NCBI RefSeq assembly: GCF_036846205.1
Contig: NZ_DAIUCK010000001.1
Coordinates: 4,961 to 68,960, forward strand
DNA from: Rhabdothermincola sp.
Lineage (GTDB): Bacteria; Actinomycetota; Acidimicrobiia; Acidimicrobiales; Acidimicrobilacustridaceae
Direction: 5' to 3'
Length of the DNA stretch: 64,000 nt
A program made the translations under genes and the position numbers. The notes beneath the pieces are model-generated. The model saw only the letters and a list, made by a program, of their open reading frames with translations, ran no database searches and had not been told where the DNA came from. Positions 27,364 to 35,509 of this stretch are shown here, in pieces (position 1 is the first letter of the stretch; every line of letters starts with the position of its first letter).

Positions 27364-28461
27364 TCAGGGCACGTCCATGAAGCTCGTGAAGCCGTACTTC
27401 TCGTGGGGTCCCAGAAAGAGGTATTCATGCAACCCGTACCCAACCTCGCCGGTCGACGACTCGAAGCGGGCCACGCAGTCCACGATCCCGAAGAAGCGCT
27501 CGCGGTCGGCCTCCACGTCGAGCGAGACCCCCTGCACGACGAGAGGCCCCTGCCACATGCCATGACGCCAGTCGGCGTCGAAGCCATACCCGGTCCCGAT
27601 GCCGATGTGCGCCTCGAGCAGGTGGGTGACGTGGACATCGAATGCTCCCCCTGGTGCCTGAGGGAAGGAGATGACCGCAGAGTCGACCTCCCTGGTGCCG
27701 GGCCTGATCGACAGCTCGTGCTCCGGCCGCCCCAGCCACTCCGGCTCCCGAGTCGGATCGGCCCACACTCGAACCGCCTCGTCCATGACGCGCTGGCCGT
27801 TGGCCCACTCCTGCACGATGTAGAGGATCGAGTAGTCGTCGAACTGCATGGGCGCGTAGTTCCAGAGGTTGAAGAACAGCGGCTGGTCCGCGCGGATGCC
27901 CGCCGGCTCGGGCTCACCGACCGGGCGTACTCCCCATGAACGATCCCTGGTGCCCTTCCACCGGTCAGGGGTCACGGGGATGTCCTCCCCATCGACGTGG
28001 AGGATGCCGCTCCAGCATCCCGTCTGCGCCAGGCGCATGGTGTCGAACAGGACGCGACCGTGGAGCCTGATGTGATGGCGCGGCTCCTCGAAGGCGGGAA
28101 TGGCGCCCTCCCAGACGAGATCGGCGGCGATCCCCCACTCGTTCGGTTCGAGCACGAAGCGCAGCCGGTGCAGCGGTTCGAGCACCTCGATCCTGAAGGG
28201 CCCGACCGTGGTGTCCATGCGATCGCCGAGCTCCTTCGATGCCCGCACGACCCGGTGCTCGGTGCCCCGTCGGAGCAGGCAGAACGCATCCTGCACCGCG
28301 AGGTTGGGGTACTGACCCATCCCCATCACCATGAACAGCTCTGCGCTCGAAGCGTGGAGGTTGAAGTAGTAGCGGTCGTAGAAGTTGCGATCGCTGGTGC
28401 CCACGTAGCGGACCGGCTCGGCGATCTGGTGGATCGGGTAGTCGTCAGCGGCTGAGAGCAT
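27364..28461 (-). CDS. Conserved-looking hypothetical protein (365 aa), function unknown
   Basis: ATG 28461 (MLSAADDYPIHQIAEP...). High GC3 coding signal, no TM or signal peptide. The 620 aa upstream of it in the 985-aa track ORF is shadow frame over hup and the kinase gene. Confidence 0.6.
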   Translation of the reverse strand: MLSAADDYPIHQIAEPVRYVGTSDRNFYDRYYFNLHASSAELFMVMGMGQYPNLAVQDAFCLLRRGTEHRVVRASKELGDRMDTTVGPFRIEVLEPLHRLRFVLEPNEWGIAADLVWEGAIPAFEEPRHHIRLHGRVLFDTMRLAQTGCWSGILHVDGEDIPVTPDRWKGTRDRSWGVRPVGEPEPAGIRADQPLFFNLWNYAPMQFDDYSILYIVQEWANGQRVMDEAVRVWADPTREPEWLGRPEHELSIRPGTREVDSAVISFPQAPGGAFDVHVTHLLEAHIGIGTGYGFDADWRHGMWQGPLVVQGVSLDVEADRERFFGIVDCVARFESSTGEVGYGLHEYLFLGPHEKYGFTSFMDVP

Positions 28462-28695
28462 CAGGTCTCCTCTGGTGATGTCGCGTCCCCGGCGTGCAGC
28501 GGCAAGTCGACCAGGAACCGGAGCGGGGTCGCAAGGACTGCACCGGCACCGCGATGACCCCACGATCGGGCACACCCGTGTTCGACGATGTGCGATGGAC
28601 AGGAAAGAATGGGCGGACGGCGGGAAGATCCCACATCCGCGCCCGCCGGGGTGCAAGGCTGGCGCCCGCCTGCAACACAGCACGACGGAGGTCCA

Positions 28696-29079
28696 ATGAA
28701 TCGCAGGGAACTCGTGCTCGCACTCGCCGAGCGCAACGACACCGACCGCAAGACCGCAGAGGCGTTCCTCGCTTCCTTCGTCGATGTGGTCACCGAGACG
28801 GTCGCGACCGGCGAGCCGGTCTCCATCCCGGGCTTCGCGAAGTTCGCTCGGGTCGACCGTCCCGCCCGCATGGGTCGCAACCCCGCGACCGGCGAGACGA
28901 TCCGCATCAAGGCCTCCCGCAAAGCGCGGATCACGCCTCTGAAGGCCTTCAAGGACGCCGTCAACACCGGCAAGGTGGCGAAGAAGGCGACCAAGAAGGC
29001 ACCGGCGAAGCGGGCGGCGGCGAAGCGGGCTCCCGCCAAGAAGGCTCCCGCCAAGAAGGCCGCAGCCCGCCGCCGCTGA
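28696..29079 (+). CDS. hup: HU-family nucleoid protein with Lys/Ala-rich C-terminal tail
   Basis: MNRRELV...GFAKF...RMGRNPATGETI. C-terminal KKATKKAPAKRAAAKRAPAKKAPAKKAAARRR. GGAGGT SD 5 nt upstream of the ATG. Confidence 0.9.
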   Translation: MNRRELVLALAERNDTDRKTAEAFLASFVDVVTETVATGEPVSIPGFAKFARVDRPARMGRNPATGETIRIKASRKARITPLKAFKDAVNTGKVAKKATKKAPAKRAAAKRAPAKKAPAKKAAARRR

Positions 29080-29144
29080 CCAGGCCGGCGGAGGGCCGCC
29101 TCCCGTAGCGCTCGGAACGGCCCGCCCGCACAGCCACCCGTCAT

Positions 29145-29179
29145 CCTTGCCGGCTGCACACCGGTTGCAGCCGGCAAGG
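29145..29179 (+). terminator. Strong GC hairpin downstream of hup (14-bp perfect stem, 7-nt loop), no U-tract
   Basis: CCTTGCCGGCTGCA-caccggt-TGCAGCCGGCAAGG, 66 nt after the hup stop. Confidence 0.4.
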
Positions 29180-29220
29180 GCGACGATCGCCGCGGCATAC
29201 TGGCCGCGAGCGAAGGGGGC

Positions 29221-30237
29221 ATGCGGCGCATGGGTACGCAGCGCACGCCGTGGTTGGCATCGTCCGCCGAGGAGCTGCTCGCCGGCGCGACGCAGCGCAC
29301 CCCTCTCGATCCGAGCGACGGCAAATCCGGGTCGCGCTTCGAGCGGGTGGTGATCGGCGGCCAGCCCTACTTCGTGAAGTCGCTCTCCTATGAGCGCGAC
29401 TGGATCATGCGGGTCACCGGTGATCGCGACCACCGCCCGTTGCTCGTCTGGCGGCACGGGATCATGGCCGCGGCCCCCGCGTGCATCGACCACACCGTGG
29501 TGGGCATGGCGATCGACAGCGAAGGCGAGGCGTGCGAGCTCACGGTCCTCATGCACGACGTCGGTCCGTGGCTGGTACCGGAGGGCGACGGTCCAGTGGC
29601 GCTCGCCCAGCACCTCGGGTTCCTCGATCACCTCGCCGAGCTCTCGGCGACCTTCTGGGGCTGGCAGGACCACATCGGGCTGACACCGCTGGAGCACCGA
29701 TTCCGGTTCTTCGCACCGGACAACATCGCCCCTGAACTGGCACGACCCGAGGTCCCGGTCCCGTTGCGGATCGCTGCGCAGGGATGGGAGCAGCTCCCTC
29801 GACGGGCGCCGGAGCTCCACGAGCTGGTGCGAGCGATCCACGACGATACCGGGCCACTCGCCGCGGCCTTGCGGCAGACGCCCTCGACCTTCCTGCACGG
29901 GGACTGGAAGATGGGCAACCTCGGTACGCATCCTGACGGCCGGACGATCCTGCTGGACTGGGCCTACCCGGGCTCGGGCCCGGCCTGCTACGACCTCGCC
30001 TGGTACCTGGCGCTCAACCGGGCGCGTCTTCCTCAACCCAAGGAAGACGCGATCAGCGTCTTCCAGGACGCGCTCGAGCGGCAGGGCATCGAGACGGCGG
30101 GATGGTTCGACGCGCAGCTCGAGCTGAGCCTCCTGGCCATCATGGCGACGTTCGCATGGGAGAAGGCCGTCGGAGAGGAAGCCGAGCTGCGTTGGTGGGA
30201 GGCGGCCGCCCGCCGGGGTGCCCGGTGGCTGCGGTGA
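29221..30237 (+). CDS. Phosphotransferase-family (APH/choline-kinase-like) small-molecule kinase
   Basis: FLHGDWKMGNLG (HxDxxxxN catalytic loop) followed by LLDWAYPG. 338 aa. Confidence 0.75.
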   Translation: MRRMGTQRTPWLASSAEELLAGATQRTPLDPSDGKSGSRFERVVIGGQPYFVKSLSYERDWIMRVTGDRDHRPLLVWRHGIMAAAPACIDHTVVGMAIDSEGEACELTVLMHDVGPWLVPEGDGPVALAQHLGFLDHLAELSATFWGWQDHIGLTPLEHRFRFFAPDNIAPELARPEVPVPLRIAAQGWEQLPRRAPELHELVRAIHDDTGPLAAALRQTPSTFLHGDWKMGNLGTHPDGRTILLDWAYPGSGPACYDLAWYLALNRARLPQPKEDAISVFQDALERQGIETAGWFDAQLELSLLAIMATFAWEKAVGEEAELRWWEAAARRGARWLR

Positions 30238-31026
30238 CCGGGTCGGGTCTCCGCCCCGATCACCACGGGAGCGTCGCGGCCCGGGCAGGGTCGGAAGGCG
30301 CCTCGCTCGTCTATCACCCACTCGCCGAGTCCCTCGTGGCCCGATGCCCCGACCTGCTCGTCGACCGCCTGGTCGCCGATGTGGGCACCGATACCGGCGC
30401 GTGCACCGACGTGCTCCTCGGGAGCGAGGGTGATCGCGACCGACTTCAGCGAAGACATGCTCCGCATCGCGCTGAGCCGGCGGCCGCCCACGGCCGTTGC
30501 CGACATGCGAGCGCTGCCCATCCGCTCACAGGCCCTCGACGCGGTGTTCGCGGCCTTTGTGCTCAACCACCTCGACAACTCACACGCGGGCCTCGTCGAG
30601 CTGCGACGGGCCGTTGGGCCGGGCGGTGCGGTGCTGGCCGATGTGTTCTCCTCGCGATCGCGCCACGAAGCGAGGGATGCCATCGACGCCGTCGCGATGG
30701 CGGCGGGATGGGAGCCTCCCCGCTGGTACGTGGCTCTCAAGGAATCCGCAGCTCCCCTGCTCGGCTCCGCCGGTCGCATGGTGCAGGCCGCGCGGGATGC
30801 CGGCCTCGACGTGCTTCGGGTTGAGGAGACCGAGGTCGACATCGGTCAAGAGCCGGAGCAATTGGTCGCCTACCGCCTCGGCCAGGCACATCTCGCAGCC
30901 TTCGTCGCCGGGCTCCCACGCTCCTCCAGACATCGTCTGGTGTGGAAGGCCACCGCCGCCGCGACAGAAGTCATGTCGCCGTACCGCCCCTTGGTGGTGT
31001 TCCTGGTCGCCCGAGCACCGCGATGA
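30234..31026 (+). pseudogene. Class I SAM-dependent methyltransferase, reading frame interrupted by an apparent +1 shift near 30420-30424
   Basis: GTG 30234 (GTGA overlap with the kinase stop) opens a high-GC3 frame encoding LVADVGTDTGACTDVLLG (motif I). The remainder (ARVIATDFSEDML...LRRAVGPGGAVL) continues in the +1 frame. The only canonical start there is ATG 30379, which would lack motif I. Confidence 0.6.
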
Positions 31027-31174
31027 GCGCGAGGAGCACCCAGGTGCCTCGAGGGCCGGGACCCCACGGAACCCGACTCTCTCGCCTCGGCGAGGCACCT
31101 ACCCGGTGCGGAATCCACAGAACACCCCCACCATCACCTAGTGTCCGCGGCGACCGCGCGACCCGAGGCTGACG

Positions 31175-31999
31175 ATGACCACACCGAACCTCTCCGGAGC
31201 TGGCTACGACACGTTTCGCACGCTGCGCTTCGAGCGCCCCGCCGATGGGATCCTGCGGGTCGTCCTCGATGCCCCCAACCTCAACGCAGTCGGCCCCGCC
31301 ATGCATCGGGAGCTCGCCGACGTCTGGATCACCGTGGATCGCGATCCCGACACCAGGGTCGTGCTCGTCGAGGGTGCCGGACGAGCTTTCTCCGCTGGAG
31401 GGAGCTTCGATCTCGTCGAGTCGTTGCTCGAGGACTACGCGGCGCGGACTCGGGTCCTGCGCGAGGCTCGGGACATCGTGTTCAACGTGATCAACTGCTC
31501 GAAACCGATCGTCTCGGCGATCCACGGGCCCGCGGTCGGTGCGGGCCTCGTTGTGGCGTTGCTCGCCGACATCAGCGTGGCCGCCCGCACCGCCAGGATC
31601 ATCGACGGGCACACCCGGCTGGGCGTTGCCGCCGGTGATCACGCCGCGATCTGCTGGCCGCTCCTGTGCGGCATGGCGAAGGCGAAGTACCACCTCCTGA
31701 CGTGTGAACCGCTGACCGGTGAAGAGGCCGAACGCATCGGGTTGGTGTCGCTGTGCGTCGACGACGAGAAGCTCCACGATCGGGCGATCGAGATCGCGAC
31801 CTCGCTGGCTCTCGGTGCGCAGAGCGCGATCCGTTGGACGAAGCACACGCTGAATCACTGGTACCGGATGCTCGGCCCGGTCTTCGACGCATCACTCGCC
31901 TACGAGTTCTACGGCTTCGCCGGCCCCGACGCCGCTGAAGGCCTCGCGGCTCATCGTGAGAAGCGGGCCCCGCGGTTCACGGGACCCACCAGCGAATGA
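31175..31999 (+). CDS. Enoyl-CoA hydratase/isomerase (crotonase) family protein
   Basis: [16 protein letters not shown]...[19 protein letters not shown] is the crotonase oxyanion-hole pattern. Confidence 0.9.
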   Translation: MTTPNLSGAGYDTFRTLRFERPADGILRVVLDAPNLNAVGPAMHRELADVWITVDRDPDTRVVLVEGAGRAFSAGGSFDLVESLLEDYAARTRVLREARDIVFNVINCSKPIVSAIHGPAVGAGLVVALLADISVAARTARIIDGHTRLGVAAGDHAAICWPLLCGMAKAKYHLLTCEPLTGEEAERIGLVSLCVDDEKLHDRAIEIATSLALGAQSAIRWTKHTLNHWYRMLGPVFDASLAYEFYGFAGPDAAEGLAAHREKRAPRFTGPTSE

Positions 32000-32002
32000 C
32001 GA

Positions 32003-32362
32003 TCAGTCACCCCCCGAGCGGGGCAGACGCTGTTCCCGTCGTTCGAACTCGGCCAGCTCGTCGACGACCATCTGGCGTGAGCGCGTCCCAGGTGTGTGGT
32101 ACGCGGCCCGGCCGACCATGTGGACGCCGACGGGCGCGGTGAGGAACTGCAGCGCGACGACGAGCAGGAGCCGGGCAGCGTCAGAGAGATCGGACGCGAC
32201 CAGCGCCGCGCCACCGGCAACGAGCACCAGGCCGAGGGTCGCGGGCTTCGTAGCCGCGTGCATCCGGGAGAACAGGTCACCGAACCGCACGACGCCGATC
32301 GCCGCGATCAGGGCGAGCACCGAGCCGAGCACCATCGCTGCACCGGCCACGATCTCGATCAT
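32003..32362 (-). CDS. mnhG: Na+(K+)/H+ antiporter Mrp/Mnh subunit G
   Basis: VVRFGDLFSRMHAATKPATLG signature. Last gene of a 7-gene coupled operon. Confidence 0.85.
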   Translation of the reverse strand: MIEIVAGAAMVLGSVLALIAAIGVVRFGDLFSRMHAATKPATLGLVLVAGGAALVASDLSDAARLLLVVALQFLTAPVGVHMVGRAAYHTPGTRSRQMVVDELAEFERREQRLPRSGGD

Positions 32363-32363
32363 C

Positions 32364-32624
32364 TCAGGCTCCTCGCCGTTCGATGAATCGTGCCACCGTG
32401 GTCGTGCCCAGGAAGCCGAGCACCGCGACGACCAGCATCACCGAGAGGAACGCGCCCGAATTCGTGCGAGCTGCTTCGACGGCCAAGCCGAGCACCAGGA
32501 TGGTGATCAGCAGGTCCGTCGCGACGATGCGGTCCGCGAGGCTGGGGCCGCGCACCAGCCGTACGACGGCCAGCGAGGCCGCCAGCACGAGCAGCCCGAA
32601 TGAGATGTTTGCCGCCAACGTCAT
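32364..32624 (-). CDS. mnhF: Mrp/Mnh antiporter subunit F
   Basis: 86 aa, 3 TM. The RLVRGPSLADRIVATD motif is typical of MnhF/PhaF. Confidence 0.85.
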   Translation of the reverse strand: MTLAANISFGLLVLAASLAVVRLVRGPSLADRIVATDLLITILVLGLAVEAARTNSGAFLSVMLVVAVLGFLGTTTVARFIERRGA

Positions 32625-33142
32625 CGCTCCTCTCCCACGGCTCGTCTGACCAGGTGCTCGAATCGCTGCACACGCGCCCGCACGTCGATCGTCTCCCGAG
32701 CGGTCAACGCGTGGACGAACAGCGTGGCCGACGGCTCGTCTACATCGACGGTGAGCGTTCCGGGCGTGAGGCTCGTGATGTTCGCGACGATGAACAGCAC
32801 CACCGAGGACCTGGTGCGCAGTGGAACGGCCACGACGCCCTGGTACGCGGGACCGGGCCGGAGAACGAGGAGCGCGACCTCCAGCGTGGAGACGATCAGT
32901 GCCCAGGCGAATGCCGCGGCCAGCCTGGCCGTCGCCAGCGGACGGATGTGGACCGGCGCCGGTCTGCTCCCGAGCGGAAAGGCGATCAGCAGGCCCGCTG
33001 CGGCCAGAACCCCCGACAGCAGGTTCGCGAGACTGACCTCACCCCAGAGTGCGAGCCAGACGACGACCAGCCACACCATGACGCCAGCCGGCCCCAGCCA
33101 CGTCGGTGTCCGCCTGGGACCACCCCCTGCCGAGGGCCTCAT
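32621..33142 (-). CDS. mnhE: Mrp/Mnh antiporter subunit E
   Basis: 173 aa, position and size correct. TLTPGTLTVDVD motif of MnhE. 4-nt overlaps on both sides. Confidence 0.8.
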   Translation of the reverse strand: MRPSAGGGPRRTPTWLGPAGVMVWLVVVWLALWGEVSLANLLSGVLAAAGLLIAFPLGSRPAPVHIRPLATARLAAAFAWALIVSTLEVALLVLRPGPAYQGVVAVPLRTRSSVVLFIVANITSLTPGTLTVDVDEPSATLFVHALTARETIDVRARVQRFEHLVRRAVGEER

Positions 33143-34614
33143 CGCTCCATCACCACCGTCACGTAGCCGTCAGGATCGAGCAGCTGCGCTCCGGCGCGGA
33201 CGCTGAGGTCCCACAGGGGCCCGGCGCACAGCGCGATCAGCAGGGTGACCGCGACCAGCCCTGCGCTCGACACGTACAGCAGCCGTGGCACCGGCCCACC
33301 GTCGGTGGCCTCAGGGTGGTCGGGCACGCCCCAGAAGACACCGCTCCAGATCTTCACCATCGAGAACAGCGTGAACACGCTGACGACGAGGCTCACGGCG
33401 ACGATCGCCCACGAATGGGCGTCGAAGCCTGCCTCGACGAGGGCCAGCTTGCCCACGAAGCCGGAGAACGGCGGCAGCCCGGCCAGGCTGAGTGCCGCCA
33501 GGCCGAAGAGAGCGGCGATCAGCGGGGCCTTGTGGACCATGCCACCCACCCGGTCGAGAGCCGTGGTGCCGGTGCGCTGCTCGATCAGCCCGCCCACGAG
33601 GAACAGGCTGGTCTTCACCGGGATCTGGTGCAGCATGAACAGCACGGTTGCCGCCGCGCCGGCGACCGTGAACAGCGCGAAGCCGAAGATCATGTAGCCG
33701 ATCTGGCTGACGATGTGGAAGCTGAGGATGCGCTTCATGTCGTTCTGTGCGATGGCACCCAGCACCCCGACGATCATCGTCGCCGCCGCGATGGCCAGCA
33801 GCACCCAGGTCGGCGTCTGGCCCGGGAAGAGCAGCGTCTGCGTGCGGACGATCGCGTACACGCCGACCTTCGTGAGCAGACCGGCGAAGATGGCGGTGAC
33901 GGAGGTCCGTGCAGTCGGATACGAGTCCGGCAGCCAGAAGAACAGGGGAAAAATCGCCGCTTTGATGCCGAACACGAGGAGGGTGAGCAGGGACAGCGCC
34001 GTGCGCACCCCGTCGGGCACCTGTGCCATGCGGTTCGCCAACTCGGCCAGGTTGACGGTGCCGGTCGCCGCGTAGGCGAACCCGATGGCGGCGACGAACA
34101 GGGACGACGCGAGCAGGTTGATGACCACATACGTCATGCCCGTGCGGACCTGTTCCCGCCTACCGCCGAGCGTGATCAGTACGTAGCTGGAGACCAGCAT
34201 GATCTCGAAGGCGACGAAGAGATTGAACAGATCGCCGGTTACGAAGGCCAGAGCGACCCCCGCCGTGAGCACCAGGTAGACGGGGTGGAACACCGGTGTG
34301 TCGTCGTCGGTGGCCGGGTGGCCGATGGCGAAGAGCAGGACGGCGAGGATCGTGACGAGGCCGATCACCAGCATCAGGGCGCTGAAGAGGTCGGCGACCA
34401 GCGTGATGCCGATCGGCGCAGGCCATCCGCCCACGTCGATCGCGCCCGCACCGTCACGCTCCACCCGGGCGAGGAGCAACGACGCGGCACCCAGCGCGGC
34501 CACGACCGCGAGCACGGTCACCATCCGCTGGGCAGTGATGGAGCGCCACGCGAGCAAGGCGATCGCGGCCCCCACCAGCGGGATCACGACGGGCAGCGTG
34601 AGCGCCGCGGTCAT
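33139..34614 (-). CDS. mnhD: Mrp/Mnh antiporter subunit D (NuoN/ND2-like proton-conducting subunit)
   Basis: 491 aa polytopic protein with complex-I antiporter-like repeats. Confidence 0.9.
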   Translation of the reverse strand: MTAALTLPVVIPLVGAAIALLAWRSITAQRMVTVLAVVAALGAASLLLARVERDGAGAIDVGGWPAPIGITLVADLFSALMLVIGLVTILAVLLFAIGHPATDDDTPVFHPVYLVLTAGVALAFVTGDLFNLFVAFEIMLVSSYVLITLGGRREQVRTGMTYVVINLLASSLFVAAIGFAYAATGTVNLAELANRMAQVPDGVRTALSLLTLLVFGIKAAIFPLFFWLPDSYPTARTSVTAIFAGLLTKVGVYAIVRTQTLLFPGQTPTWVLLAIAAATMIVGVLGAIAQNDMKRILSFHIVSQIGYMIFGFALFTVAGAAATVLFMLHQIPVKTSLFLVGGLIEQRTGTTALDRVGGMVHKAPLIAALFGLAALSLAGLPPFSGFVGKLALVEAGFDAHSWAIVAVSLVVSVFTLFSMVKIWSGVFWGVPDHPEATDGGPVPRLLYVSSAGLVAVTLLIALCAGPLWDLSVRAGAQLLDPDGYVTVVMER

Positions 34615-35063
34615 CGCCCTGTCTCCCGACTCGGCGCGCCCGAGTCGGTCTGCTGATCGGTGACCGCCTGATCCTCGTCTCCGTGGGCATGGTCGTGCCG
34701 GTGACGCTCGTCTGCCGCCAGCCGTGCGATCCGGCGATCCTCAACGTCGTCTTCGACCTCGTCGTCGCCGGTGAGCTTCCAGCTCCGGTAGGCGAGAGCC
34801 AGCACGAACACGGTCATGCCGAAGCTGATGACGACCGCGGTCAGAGCGAGTGCCTGCGGGAGCGGGTCTGACATCTCGGCTTCATCGGTGGTTCCGATGA
34901 GGGCCGGCGCGCCGGGCGGCCCACCCGCCTCCAGCAGCAGCAGGTTCGCGGCGTGCGCCATCAACGCCAATCCGAGCACGATGCGCGTGAGCGCCCGCTG
35001 CAACAGCAGATAGGTCCCCGCGCCGAAGAGCACGGCGATGGTGGCCGCCATGATGACGCTCAC
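34611..35063 (-). CDS. mnhC: Mrp/Mnh antiporter subunit C (NuoK-like) with acidic/His-rich C-terminal extension
   Basis: NuoK-like core (LLLQRALTRIVLGL...PLPQALALTAVVI) followed by a roughly 50-aa DDEVEDDVED...HRHDHAHGDED tail. Confidence 0.85.
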   Translation of the reverse strand: MSVIMAATIAVLFGAGTYLLLQRALTRIVLGLALMAHAANLLLLEAGGPPGAPALIGTTDEAEMSDPLPQALALTAVVISFGMTVFVLALAYRSWKLTGDDEVEDDVEDRRIARLAADERHRHDHAHGDEDQAVTDQQTDSGAPSRETGR

Positions 35064-35509
35064 CCCACGACCTCCCGGTCAGACCCGTCGGTGTCGGGTT
35101 CACCGAGTGCCCGGAGCATCAGCAGGACCAACCCGACGACCACCAGGTACACACCGGCGTCGAAGACGAGCGAGCTGCTCAGATGGACCGAACCGACGAC
35201 CGGGAGGTCGACCGTCGCCTTCGCCGATCGGAGGAGCTGGTCGCCCATGGCGAGGGGCACCAGCGCAGTCGCTGCGCCCAGGAGCAGACCGGCGCCGATG
35301 ATCGCGAACGGATGGAAGCGGGCGGCCTGCTGGACCTCGTCGATCCCGCCGGCCAGGAAGCGCAATCCGAGCGCGGCACCCGCAACGAGCCCGCCCACAA
35401 ACCCGCCTCCCGGCTGGTTGTGCCCGGCGAACAGCAGGAAGAGCGAGATGAGCACCAGCGTGTGGAACTCGGCTCTCACGCACCGATCGAGGATCACGCT
35501 GCGCTTCAC
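35060..35509 (-). CDS. mnhB: Mrp/Mnh antiporter subunit B
   Basis: FLLFAGHNQPGGGFVGGL is the canonical MnhB motif. Confidence 0.85.
   Translation of the reverse strand: MKRSVILDRCVRAEFHTLVLISLFLLFAGHNQPGGGFVGGLVAGAALGLRFLAGGIDEVQQAARFHPFAIIGAGLLLGAATALVPLAMGDQLLRSAKATVDLPVVGSVHLSSSLVFDAGVYLVVVGLVLLMLRALGEPDTDGSDREVVG

Noticed and set aside
28462-30321. Upstream 620 aa of the 985-aa minus-strand ORF
   Set aside because: It is antisense to hup and the APH-like kinase gene, which have clear motifs and SD sites. Only the last 365 aa (27364-28461) look like a real protein.
30971-31858. 295-aa minus-strand ORF
   Set aside because: Antisense to the crotonase gene (31175-31999), which has the canonical oxyanion-hole motifs.
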